The position numbers and the translations under genes are program-made. Shown here in pieces: positions 26,027-39,400 of a stretch of 64,000 nt of DNA; within the stretch, counting starts at the first letter, position 1, and each line of letters begins with the position of its first letter. Below the pieces are notes generated by a model. That model was not told where the DNA came from and ran no database searches. It saw nothing but the letters and a program-made list of their open reading frames with translations. Source of the stretch: Convolutriloba macropyga (lineage: Eukaryota); assembly GCF_964194025.1 (NCBI RefSeq), contig NC_134477.1, forward strand, positions 29,636,001 to 29,700,000, in the 5' to 3' direction.

Positions 26027-29000
26027 GATGCATTTTGATCTTGAGTGATTTTCATGTTTAACCTATAGCGCGCCGTAATTACTGAACAGATCTATTTGCT
26101 CATATTTGCACAGAAAAAACTATCGTCTGCTCATACTTTATTAGGTGACCCATATGTACTCTTATGCTAAAATTCATTCTTCATTTTTAATCTGGAGCAT
26201 AGTAGCACAATATTTGCTAAGCGACTCCTTGAAACAGGTAGAACAAGTATTAGCAAAAAAAATAATACCACTGTTGGACAATAAACCTGAGCGCGTTTGA
26301 TTTCTTCGACAACCGAAATATGAAGAAGCAAAATAAAATGCTCTGTGGATTGTCCCCAACGAGACAGAAACCCGAAACGCGCAGACCAAGCTTCAGTGGA
26401 GACTGTTTTGTCAAAACTGGTCAATATAGGCCTTCGATGGGGTGATTGAACTTGTTCTCACTTTGATCATTAGTGTGTATCTCTGATACACCTCAGAAGC
26501 GGTACAGAAGAATATTGAACCAAAACGTCCTCAAGAGTATGTTAATGAGTTGAGCACTAGACAACCAAGAAGAATGCCGATGACGAGTTTTATTCGCCCT
26601 CGGAACATTACATTTGACAGATATAAGTTCTCCTATTACTTTGACCATCACTCTCAAATAATGATGAAGGATTACGGTCAAACATTATGTATCGCAAAAT
26701 CAATAACGGGCTGCTACCAATATTTCACAGAGCCATGAAGATTGGAAACATTGAAATGAAATTAATGGGGGCTACATATAGTGGACTCTGTACAGTACAA
26801 CAAATGAAAGACCCCAAAAAACTAGATGTCTGTTTGTATACTATACGATGACCTACGATGCACAATTGGGCCTGATCTGTTCGATGAACTTGGCATTCAC
26901 GTAAAACAAACAAATCGGTAAGAATATGTCAGTGAACTGCGTCGAAAATCGATGACCAATTAAATTCCAGTTCGCCAAGAACTACACTGCTCTCCTCTCA
27001 CTAATGGATCTGTAAAGAATCAAATGGAACCAGCTAATCAGTGAAATAACACCGGACGACAGACCGCGAGGCGATGATAGTGTATTAGAGGCTAATAGAA
27101 CGAAGGCAAGCTAAGATGTAACCTCAAGAATGAATAGCATTTCGCAGAGTGAATCAAATTTTATCCACCATTAACAGCTAGTTATTCTAGTGTCGCGGGC
27201 AGAAAGTTCGTTACAGCTGGAAATAGAAAGTAGCGAAAAAAAGCCTCAGCAGAGGTGCGCTGAAAAGAGTCCTCACAGTCTGACGCATTTTGATCTTGAG
27301 TGATTTTCATGTTTAACCTATAGCGCGCCGCAATTACTGAACAGATCTATTTATTCATATTTGCACAGAAAAAACTATCGTCTGTTCACACTTTATTAGG
27401 TGACCCATATGTACTCTTATGCTAAAATTCATTCTTCATTTTTAATCTGGAGCTTAGTAACACAATTTTTGCTAAGCGACTCCTTGAAACAGGTAGCACA
27501 AGTTAGTCTCTGAATCTCACCATGATTCACTCACTTGGGCGGAAAGTTCGTTACAGATGAAAAAAGAAAATAGCGAAAGAGAAGCTTCGTCAGAGGTACG
27601 TTGAAAAAAGTCCTGACAGTCTGATGCATTTTGATCTTGAGTGATTTTCATGTTTAACCTATAGCGCGCCGCAATTACTGAACAGATCTATTTGCCCATA
27701 TTTGCACAGAAAAAACTATGGGATTTGGCAGGCTCGACAGTAGTGAAAACTGACGAGTTCACATCTCTGATAAACAAAAAAGGAACTCAGGTATCAATGC
27801 TCGCCATCCGGACGTGGCAAAATTCCGCAAAAACGCTGATAAAGATACGTTATACTAGCAGAATATGCAAAATACCGTCCAATTCAATTTGGTGGAAAAT
27901 TTAAAGTTGAGAATTTCCTAAAATATGCTAAGGACGTGAGGCGTATAAAACGCGGTCGAGTGGTAGATGGTACGAGCTGCTTTTTTAAACTCATTCCAGT
28001 GTGTTTTCCTGGCAGTCTCTACGGGGTTCGGAGGGCTCCACAGTAGTGAAAACTGACGAGTTCACATCTGTGATAAACAAAACAGGAACTCAGGTATCAA
28101 GACTCGCCATCTGAACGTGGCAAAAATCGGCACAAACGCTGAAACAGATACGTTACTCGCAGAATATGCAAAATACAGTCCGTTTCAATTTGGTGGAAAA
28201 TATAAAGTTGAGAATTAACACAATCAAGCCCCACAAATGAAAATACACTTCCCGTACCACCACAGAAAAAAAACAGAAACTGCTGAAAAGCAAACTGCCA
28301 GAAAAACAGATCAAGAGACCAACTGTTGGGCAATAAACCTGAGCGTGTTTGATTTCTTCGAGAACCAAAATATGAAGAAGCAATAGAAAATGCTCTTTGG
28401 GTTGTAACTAACGAGAAAGAAACCCGAAACGCGCAGCTCATACTTCAGTGGAGACTGAGTTGTCAAAACTGATCAATATTGGCCTTCGATGTGGTGATTG
28501 AACTTCTTCTCACTTTGATCATTAGTGTGTATCTCTGATATATCTCAGAATTGGCACAGAATTACAAAAAATATTGAACTAAAATCAACATCATGAGTAT
28601 GTGCATGAGTTGAGCACTAGACGATCATAAGGAATCCCGATGACGAGTTCTATTCGTTCTCGGAACATTACTTTTAACAGATATAAAATCTTTTATTACT
28701 TTGATCATCGCTCTCAAATAATGATGAAGGATTATGGTCAACCATTATGTATCGCAAAATCAATAACGGGGTACTGCCAATATTTCACAGAGCCATGAGG
28801 ATTGGAAACATTGAAAAGAAATTATTGAAGCCTGCATATAGTGGATTCTATACAGTACAACAAATGAAAGACCCCAAGGAACTAGATGTCTGTTTGTACA
28901 CGATGACCTACGATAAACAATTGGGCCTGATCTGTTCAATGAAGTTGGCATTAACGTAACACAAACAAATCGGTAAGAATATGTCAGTGAACTGCGTCGA

Positions 29001-32000
29001 AAATCAGTGAACAATTAAATTCCAGTTCGCCAAGAATTACACTGCTCTCCTCTCACCAATTGATCTGTAAAGAGTGAAATGGAACCAGCTAAAAAGTGAA
29101 ATATCACTGGACAACAGATCGCGAGGCGATGATAGTGTATTAGAGGCTAATAGAACGAAGGCAAGCCAAGATGCAACAACAAGAATGAATAGCATTTCGC
29201 AGAGTGAACCAAATTTGATCCACCATTAAGAGCTAGTTATTCTAAGGTCGCGGGCGGAAAGTTCCTTACAGCTGAAAATAGAAAATATCAAAGGAAGCCT
29301 CAGCAGAGGTGGGCTGAAAGGAGTCCTGACTGTCTCTACCTGGTTCGGCGGGCTCCACAGTAGTGAAAACCGGTGAGTTCACATCTCTGATAAACAAAGC
29401 TGAAGTCAGTTATCAACATTCGCCATCCGGACGTGGCAAAATTTGGCACAAACGCTGAAGATACATTACTTGCAGAATATGCAAAATACTGTTCGTTTCA
29501 GTTAGCTGGAATTCATAAAGGTGAGAAGTTCCTCAAATATGCTAAGGACGTGAGGCGTATAAAACGCGGTCGAGTGGCAGATGGTACGAGCTGCTTTTTT
29601 AAACTCATTCCAGAGTGTTTTTCTGACAGTCTCTACGGGGTTCGGCGGGCTCCACAGTAGTGAAAACTGACGAGTTCACATCTGTGATAAACAAAAAAGG
29701 AACCCAGGTATCAAGACTCGCCATCCGGACGTGGCAAAATTCCGCACAAACGCTGATAAAGATACGTTAAACTAGCAGAATATGCAAAATACCGTCCGTT
29801 TCAAATTGGTGGAAAATATAAAGGTGAGAATTTCCTCAAACATGCTAAGGACGTGAGACGTGTAAAACGCGGTCGAGGGGCAGATGGTACAAGCTGCTTT
29901 TTTAAGCTCATTCCAGTGTGTTTTGCGGTTTGACAGTGAGATGTCCTGGAAAGCCAACCAAATTGTGATTAATTGCGACGCAAGTAAAATTATGTCAGTT
30001 GATATCACAATCAAGCCCCACAAATGAAAATACACTTCCCGTACCTTCACAGAAAAAAAACAGAAACTGCTGAAAAGCAAACTGCCAGAAATACAGATCA
30101 AGAGACCGAGTGTTGGACAATAAACCTGAGCGCGTTTGATTTCTTCGAGAAGCGAAATATGAATAAACAATAGAAAGAACTCTTTGAATTGTCCCAAACG
30201 AGACAGAAACCCGAAACGCGCAGCTCAAACTTCATTGGAGACTGAATTGTCAAAACTGACCAATCTAGGCCTTCTATGTGGTGATTGAACTTGTTCTCTC
30301 TTTGATCATTAGTGTGTATCTCTGATATACCTCAGAAGCGGTTCAGAAGGACTAAGAATATTGAACCAAAAACATCATCCGGAGTATGTTCGTGAGTTGA
30401 ACACCAGATGACCATGAAGGATGCCGACGACAATTTTTATTTGCCCTCGGAACATTACTTTTGACAGATATAAGTTCTCCCATTACTCTGACCATCATTC
30501 GCGAATAATGGTGACGGATTATGGTCAACCATTATGTATCGCATAATCAATAACGGGGTACTGCCAATATTTCACAGAGCCATGAAGATTGGAAACATTG
30601 AAATGAAATTAATGGAGGCTACATATAGTGGACTCTGTACAGTACAACAAACGAAATACCCCAAAGAACTAGATGTCTGTTTGTATACGATGACCTACGA
30701 TAAACAATTGGGCCTGATCTGTTCAATGAAGTTGGCATTCACGTAACACAAACAAATCGGTAAGAATATGTCAGTGAACTGCGTCGAAAATCAGTGACCA
30801 ATTAAATTCCAGTTCGCCAAGAATTACACTGCTCTCACCTCGCCAATTGATCTGTAAAGAGTGAAATGGAACCAGCTAATCAGCAAATGACACCAGATGA
30901 CAGATCACGAGGCGATGATAGTGTATTAGAGGCTAATAGAACGAAGGCAAGCCAAGATGTATCAGCAAGAATGAATAGCATTTCGCAGAGTGAATCAAAT
31001 TTGATCCACCATTAAGAGCTAGTTATGCTAGTGTCTCGAGCGGAAAGTTACTTACAGCTGAAAATAGAAAATATCGAAAGAGATTCCTCAGCGGAGGTGG
31101 GCTGAAAAGAGTCCTGACAGTCTCTACGGGGTTCGGCGTGCTCCACAGTAGTGAAAACTGACGAGTTCACATCTGTGATAAACAAAACAGGAACTCAGGT
31201 ATCAAGACTCGCCATCCGGACGTGGCAAAATTCGGCACAAACGCTGATAAAGATACGTTACTTGCGGAATTTGCAAAATACCGTCCGTTTCAATTTGGTT
31301 GAAAATATTAAGGTGAGAATTTCCTCAAACATGCTTAGGACGTGAGATGTGTAAAACGCGGTCGAGGGGCAGATGGTACGAGCTGTTTTTTTAAGCTCAT
31401 TCCAGTGTGTTTTGCGGTTTGACAGTGAGATTTCCAGCAAAGCCAACCAAATTTTGATTAATTGCGACGCAAGTAAAATTGTGTCAATTGATATCACAAT
31501 CAAGCTCCACAAATGAAAATACACTTCCCATACCACCACAGAAAAAAAAACAGAAACTGCTTAAAAGCAGACAGCCAGAAAGACAGATCAAGAGACCGCA
31601 ATTGTCCCCAATATATAACTTACACTTCTGATGAATCTGACGCGTCTGATGAACCCGTTTAAACAGCCCCTCCATCAGTCCATGGAATTCTCAGCCACAT
31701 TCTGGACAAAATACAAGACCAGTTGTGAAGGAAAAGCTATAAGCGAACCGCGAAACATATACTGTCCAAAACATACTTGGGATGGCAGAATGGAGGCAGT
31801 CTAAATACAGATCAAGAGACCGACTGTTGGACAATAAACCTGAGCGCGTTTGATTTCTTCGAGAAGCGAAATATGAATAAACAATAGAAAGAACTCTTTG
31901 AATTGTCCCAAACGAGACAGAAACCCGAAACGCGCAGCTCAAACTTCATTGGAGACTGAATTGTCAAAACTGACCAATCTAGGCCTTCTATGTGGTGATT

Positions 32001-35000
32001 GAACTTGTTCTCACTTTGATCATTAGTGTGTATCTCTGATATACCTCAGAAGCGGTTCAGAAGGACTAAGAATATTGAACCGAAAACATCATCCGGAGTA
32101 TGTTCGTGAGTTGAGAACCAGACGACCATGAAGGATGCCGACGACAACTTTTATTTGCCCTCGGAACATTCCTTTTGACAGATATAAGTTCTCCCATTAC
32201 TCTGACCATCATTCGCGAATAATGGTGACGGATTATGGTCAACCATTATGTATCGCAAAATCAATAACAGGGTACTGCCAATATTTCACAGAGCCATGAA
32301 GATTGGAAACATTGAAATGAAATTAATGGAGGCTACATATAGTGGACTCTGTACAGTACAACAAATGAAAGACCCCAAAGAACTATATGTCTGTTTGTAT
32401 ACGATGACCTACGATAAACAATTGGGCCTGATCTGTTCAATGAAGTTGGCATTCACGTAACACAAACAAATCGGTAAGAATATGTCAGTGAACTGCGTCG
32501 AAAATCAGTGATCAATTAAATTCCAGTTCGCCAAGAATTACACTGCTCTCCCCTCACCAATTGATCTGTAAAAAGTGAAATGGAACCAGCTAATCAGTGA
32601 AATAACACCAGATGACAGATCGCGAGGCGACGATAGTGTATTAGAGGCTAATAGAACGCAGGCAAGCCAAGATGTATCAGCAAGAATGAATAGCATTTCG
32701 CAGAGTGAATCAAATTTGATCCACCATTAAGAGCTAGTTATGCTAGTGCCGCGGGCGGAAAGTTCCTTACAGCTGAAAATAGAAAATATCAAAAGAGATG
32801 CCTCAGCGGAGGTGGGCTGAAAAGAGTCCTGACAGTCTCTACGGGGCTCGGCGCGCTCCACAGTAATGAAAACTGACAAGTTCACATCTGTGATAAACAA
32901 AACAGGAACTCAGGTATCAAGACTCGCCATCCGGACGTGGCAAAATTCGGCACAAACGCTGATAAAGATACGTTACTTGCGGAATATGCCAAATACCGTC
33001 CGTTTCAATTTGGTGGAAAATATTAAGGTGAGAATTTCCTCAAACATGCTTAGGACGTGAGATGTGTAAAACGCGGTCGAGGGGCAGATGGTACGAGCTG
33101 TTTTTTTAAGCTCATTCCAGTGTGTTTTGCGGTTTGACAGTGAGATTTCCAGCAAAGCCAACCAAATTTTGATTAATTGCGACGCAAGTAAAATTGTGTC
33201 AATTGATATCACAATCAAGCTCCACAAATGAAAATACACTTCCCATACCACCACAGAAAAAAAAACAGAAACTGCTTAAAAGCAGACAGCCAGAAAGACA
33301 GATCAAGAGACCGCAATTGTCCCCAATATATAACTTACACTTCTGATGAATCTGACGCGTCTGATGAACCCGTTTAAACAGCCCCTCCATCAGTCCATGG
33401 AATTCTCAGCCACATTCTGGACAAAATACAAGACCAGTTGTGAAGGAAAAGCTAATAAGCGAACAGCGAAACATATACTGTCCAAAACATACTTGGGATG
33501 GCAGAATGGAGGCAGTCTAAATACAGATCAAGAGACCGACTGTTGGACAATAAACCTGAGCATGTTTGATTTCTTCGAGAAGCGAAATATGAATAAACAA
33601 TAGAAAGAACTCTTTGAATTGTCCCAAACGAAACAGAAACCCGAAACTTGCAGCTCAAACTTCATTGGAGACTGAATTGTCAAAACTGATCAATCTAGGC
33701 TTTTGGTGTGGTGATTGAACTTGTTCTCACTTTGATCATTAGTGTGTATCTCTGATATACCTCAGAAGCGGTTCAGAAGGACTAAGAATATTGAACCGAA
33801 AACATCATCCGGAGTATGTTCGTGAGTTGAGCACCAGACGACCATGAAGGATGCCGACGACAACTTTTATTTGCCCTCGGAACATTCCTTTTGACAGATA
33901 TAAGTTCTCCCATTACTCTGACCATCATTCGCGAATAATGGTGACGGATTATGGTCAACCATTATGTATCGCAAAATCAATAACGGGGTACTGCCAATAT
34001 TTCACAGAGCCATGAAGATTGGAAACATTGAAATGAAATTAATGGAGGCTACATATAGTGGACTCTATACAGTACAACAAATGAAAGACCCCAAGGAACT
34101 AGATGTCTGTTTGTATACGATGACCTACGATAAACAATTGGGCCTGATCTGTTCAATAAAGTTGGCATTAACGTAACACAAACAAATCGGTAAGAATATG
34201 TCAGTGAACTGCGTCGAAAATCAGTGACCAATTAAATTCCAGTTCGCCAAGAATTACACTGCTCTCCTCTCACCAATTGATCTGTAAAGAGTGAAAATGA
34301 ACCAGCTAAAAAGTGAAATATCGCTGGACAACAGATCGCGAGGCGATGATAGTGTATTAGAGGCTAATAGAACGAAGGCAAGCCAAGATGTAACAGCAAG
34401 AATGAATAGCATTTCGCAGAGTGAATCAAATTTGATCCACCATTAAGAGCTAGTTATGCTAGTTTCGCGGGCGGAAAGTTCCTTACAGCTGAAAATAGAA
34501 AATATCGAAAGAGATGCCTCAGCGGAGGTGGGCTGAAAAGAGTCCTGACAGTCTCTACGGGGTTCGGCGCGCTCCACAGTAGTGAAAACTGACGAGTTCA
34601 CATCTGTGATAAACAAAACAGGAACTCAGGTATCAAGACTCGCCATCCGGACGTGGCAAAATTCGGCACAAACGCTGATAAAGATACGTTACTCGCGGAA
34701 TATGCAAAATACCGTCCGTTTCAATTTGGTGGAAAATTTTAAGGTGAGAATTTCCTCAAACATGCTTAGGACGTGAGATGTGTAAAACGCGGTCGAGGGG
34801 CAGGTGGTACGAGCTGTTTTTTTAAGCTCATTCCAGTGTGTTTTGCGGTTTGACAGTGAGATTTCCAGCAAAGCCAACCAAATTTTGATTAAGTGCGACG
34901 CAAGTAAAATTGTGTCAATTGATATCACAATCAAGCTCCACAAATGAAAATACACTTCCCGTACCACCACAGAAAAAAAAACAGAAACTGCTTAAAAGCA

Positions 35001-35387
35001 GACAGCCAGAAAGACAGATCAAGAGACCGCAATTGTCCCCAATATATAACTTACACTTCTGATGAATCTGACGCGTCTGATGAACCCGTTTAAACAGCCC
35101 CTCCATCAGTCCAAGGAATTCTCAGCCACATTCTGGACAAAATACAAGACCAGTTGTGAAGGAAAAGCTAATAAGCGAACCGCGAAACATATACTGTCCA
35201 AAACATACTTGGGATGGCAGAATGGAGGCAGTCTCTTGCGTTTCGTTCTTCACTGGTGATTGGCGAATGCTCTCCAACTTTGCAATTTGAACCCCAAACG
35301 TATGTGTGCTTGAACTTTGATATTGATGAACGTAATTTTAGACTTCATGAAGCAGAGAATGGCAGTGAACCAGAAAGCAACCACTAA
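26027..35387 (+). repeat. Tandem array of 5 units (2052, 1787, 1714, 1716 bp spacing) of an internally deleted Ty3/Gypsy-derived sequence
   Basis: Marker (C/G)TGTTGG(A/G)CAATAAACCTGAGC at 26271, 28323, 30110, 31824 and 33540. Translated remnants include gag-like CVSLIYL..ELSTR..FIRPRNITFDRYKF (PRNITFDRYKF at 26598-26630), protease-end-like IGPDLFDELGI, and Gypsy pol C-terminal-like STVVKTDEFTSVI..DVAKFGT. Confidence 0.85.
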
Positions 35388-35811
35388 AACGTTTCAAAGT
35401 TGAAGAACTTTGATTGTGTAGCCACAGTTAAAATTTTGAAATAATAGTTGGGTTAATAAGCAAGTGTGATTGCAATTTGTAAAACTATTTTTTTAGCTAT
35501 AACAACCTCCAAATGTTCCAATACTTATGTGATACTGTGCATTCATCTAGCAAAAGCAATTTTCATTTCTGGTCATTTTTCGTAGTACTCCAATATGTAA
35601 GTTCCTTTATAATTCTTTCAATTTTGAATTTTGCAATCTCATTATTTCTCTCAAAATCCTATGTTATAAATTGCATCCTCTTCAGGGGGAAACGTGACAC
35701 CGTTTTGTGTATCCTATGATTTTGCACTACAAATTACAGCTTAACCTTACGTTTCAGTTAGGACAATTTAGTGTCTGAATCGCAATCGGGTCGAATCTTT
35801 CCCACAAAAAA

Positions 35812-36003
35812 GATGTAGGAGTGGGGCTGCAATGAGAGGATTTGGTAGAAAGTTGCAGCTCAAAACTTTTACATCTTTTTCGACTGCAATGAGCTGCCAA
35901 GTGGGGTAAAATAATGTTCGAGTGATGGGTTAAGAGATAAAAATAACCCCCACTCTACATTTTTGGTCTGTCAAGCGGGGCCATTGCAACCCACTCTTAC
36001 ATC
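35812..36003. mobile_element. Small MITE-like element with ~23 bp terminal inverted repeats
   Basis: GATGTAGGAGTGGGGCTGCAATG at 35812 pairs with CATTGCAACCCACTCTTACATC ending at 36003. Confidence 0.55.
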
Positions 36004-36439
36004 GCAATTTTGGTCAGGTGGATAATTCCTCAAAATTTCTCACATTGGAGCCCTCCCCTTACATTTTTAACCATTTCTTTATGCGCTCACACTAACAACT
36101 CTACCGTTGTCAGACATAGTTTCTAAGTAGGTTCCATGGTCAGAAATTATTTGTAAAACTGTTTCTCAATGCAGTTCGCAAAATTTTGAGCAAAATACGA
36201 CTAAGCAATTTTAACGAGCGACAATACGTTCTTGAATTGTGAAATGCAGATAATGCAAAACATACTATCAAACCATTGACTTTAATTTTCCGTTTTGTCA
36301 AAAGGAAAATATAATATTCGTGGGAAATCATTTATAGAAAAGTATATAGATGCAATAAAATAGACAAATCATAAACTAGTAATGAAACGAAAATATGAAA
36401 CAGAAAAATGTAAAACTTTAAGAAACCTCAACAAAGCCA

Positions 36440-39400
36440 CCATCATTTTTTCTCGCAGTTTCCCAATCATTGGTGAACCTATTTTATATTTTCGACCTCT
36501 TGATAATTGAATTCTAACATACTCACCTGCCTCTTTCGACTATACGAACTACTTTTCATACGGACCTCAATTGTATACTTCAGTTATTACATTTGTTCTA
36601 ATATACGAACTTCTTTTTCAATAATAGACATAAACAGTATCGAAAACCCCACTAACTTAATTTACAAATACTATAGCAGAATCCACTAAATGACCCTTTA
36701 ACACTCAAAAGTGAACAATATATAGCAATTATTCAATTATTAATACAACAAAATGTCGCGTAAGCAAATTCACAGAGTTTGTTGACAAAATTTTTTTGTA
36801 AACTATTTTTGCCCAAAGCTCTTTTAGAAACTATACTTCCCCAACTTTGAAAAGCATCCATAAAAAGATCTGGTAGCAGCACGAAAAGCTTTTCAAATAC
36901 GATGCAACATTTTTTCGTTCTCTGAAACAGAAGATAATTTTCTTAAAAGATTCAACTGTGATCTCACGAAGCTACTAAACCAGACACAGGTCGATAATCT
37001 AGCACAACTACTCCTCAAATTTTATAAACGCTGTGCCCTTCCATATTTAACGTTGAAAAAAATAGTAGTATTAAATTTTTCATTCAACCAAAAAACATTG
37101 TCTCTGCGATCACAGAAAATACTTTTATAAACGCAGTAAAAGTTCTCTACAAAGGAGAGTCTCTTAAAATAGTTCTTGATACTCGTCAACTAAATGCAAA
37201 AAATGACGCAAAAAATGTGGTTGGACCATAGAACCGTTACAACTTACTCCTAATCACATTAAACGTTCAGTTTTTCATTAGCCGGCATGAATAGCGCATA
37301 TATCCAAATAATGCTTGACAAACCATGACATTGTGAATCAATTTTTTTTCGCCGAACAACAATCGGTTGTAACATTTTTTTTACGGCATTTCAGTTGAAC
37401 CAGTTTTTTCTCAATTTTTTTGAGCAGCATTTTCGAAACACTAATCCGCAAAAAACAGCGTAGTTACCTTAATAGACTATAATTTCATTCAATACGATAA
37501 AACAGACAGACTCAGTGTCTCATTGTTGTGAAAACTCACAGAAAATCACCAATTTCTCCAAAACGAAAATTTCAAAGCAGCTCCAGAGTAAAATTTTTCT
37601 TTTCATAATAAGCTAAACATTTAGGACATCAAATTAGAAACACCAATATCTACTCTCCTAATTTAAAAAATTGATGCTTCTGATCGTCGACCGCCCCAAC
37701 AAAATAAATCCCAAATTCCCTTCACTATGCTTCAAAACACCATTTTAACTTACAAGTCATTCCCAGACCGCCTTACCTCCAACTTAGGTTCGGTTTATTT
37801 GAAATAGATTGATTTTAAACGGTTGATTTGAACCCAGAACTACAAAAACTTTGATAAAGTCAAAAACGAACTCACAGGCCACACAATATAGGCCCTTGTT
37901 TTAGAGAAAACGGAATTTATCTCATCCAACTGTCTTTTCTCAACTGCAGAAGTTAATGTTTTAACCACCCACTGAGAATGCGCAGTTTTTTTTTCGTATA
38001 CAAGGTTTACAACAACCTATTATCCTTTCCACTTACCATCAGCAATTCTTTTTCTGTTCGCAGAAAACAAGAAACCGAATGAGAGTGTTTACAAGTTTCA
38101 ACTAATTCTTATGAAAATCCCAAATATACAAATTGGGGAGAGAGAAAGGAAAAAACGTCTCCCAGGTCTTCCAGGTTTTTTAGCCGATCACTAACTTCTA
38201 ATGCTCAACATCAACATCGACTATAAACAATAGAAATACCAGAACCTATAAAATTGCTCATGATGAGAAACCAAAACGCTCCTCCTACCATAAAACTACT
38301 CAGTATCAGGAGAATATTTTATCAGTACAACTACATTCACAACACGAATCACCCCCCTTTCCTTTTTGACTTAAAATACAAAATAATTGTTTTAATGTAT
38401 AGCTTGAAGGCAATCTTTTTTTACCAACATCCTACCAAGAATACTTATTAAATCATTACATATCAAAAACTTACAGAAATAAAAAAATTCATAGCCCAGA
38501 ATTCACCCTTCACCACGCGAAGTGTACTCAATCATACAACAAACAGTTATCACATTAAACATGATAAAAAATTAATCAATAATTGAAAAGTCCTTACATT
38601 AGACAATACAGAAGTATTCAACGCCATTAAATTCTCGTTTACAGCAGCGGATGATTTCTCAACAAGTAGACCACAAAATTACAATTATTGCTTAATCTAG
38701 ACAACAAATATTTTGGAAAATATATTAAAAAAATCCTAGTTACCCCCAACAACCCCAGTCCTCGCGGATAAAGGTTCACTACATTACCTCAGTGGTTTTC
38801 CCAACCATAAATGAAACAATCTAAAATTTTTATTTTCAACAAGCAACAAAATGTTAAAAAATCTGTTTACCATTGTCACTATTTGTAGCTGCTTTTCCTA
38901 AAGCACACTCACATAACATCTCAGGCCATCCAGGCCTGGAGAAGACATATGCAAGCATCTTAGAGGAATAATATTTCCAAACTTCAAAAAGGGTAGCCAT
39001 CCTTATAAAGGATGTATAAAGTTTAAAAACTTTTTAAAAATGCCAAATCTCTCAATGGCCCCAGAGAAACCATTCCTAGAAGTTTTTCCATTTTTCAGTC
39101 ACGGTATATCGAAGTACACAAAAGGACCAACAGTGCCCATATCAGACGACATCTCTTATATATAGGTAATTGAAGAAGCATTCTCATTTGATGCAGTATT
39201 AAACCCTTAACCTGAAAGTCATGCACTTATTGCACTACATCTTTTATTAGATCATAGCGCCGCGAAGTTCGTTATTCTTGATATTCTTGTTACTGATAGT
39301 GAAAATAAAAATTTTAATGGAGATACTGCCTTTTTCTGTTCTACATATAAGGTAAAATTTAAACCACGCATGTCATTTGCTTCGGGGTCAAATGGCGTAG

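Noticed and set aside
29433-35259. Repeated 60-90 aa ORFs in the tandem array as a real multigene family (including an FQFGGKYKG motif)
   Set aside because: They are frame fragments of the decayed Gypsy unit; homology switches frames and stops are shared between copies.
35221-35387. Cys-containing segment (..GECSP..YVCL) as the last lectin exon
   Set aside because: It is contiguous with the stop-ridden tail of the Gypsy-derived unit, has no suitable acceptor, and lies upstream of exon 2.
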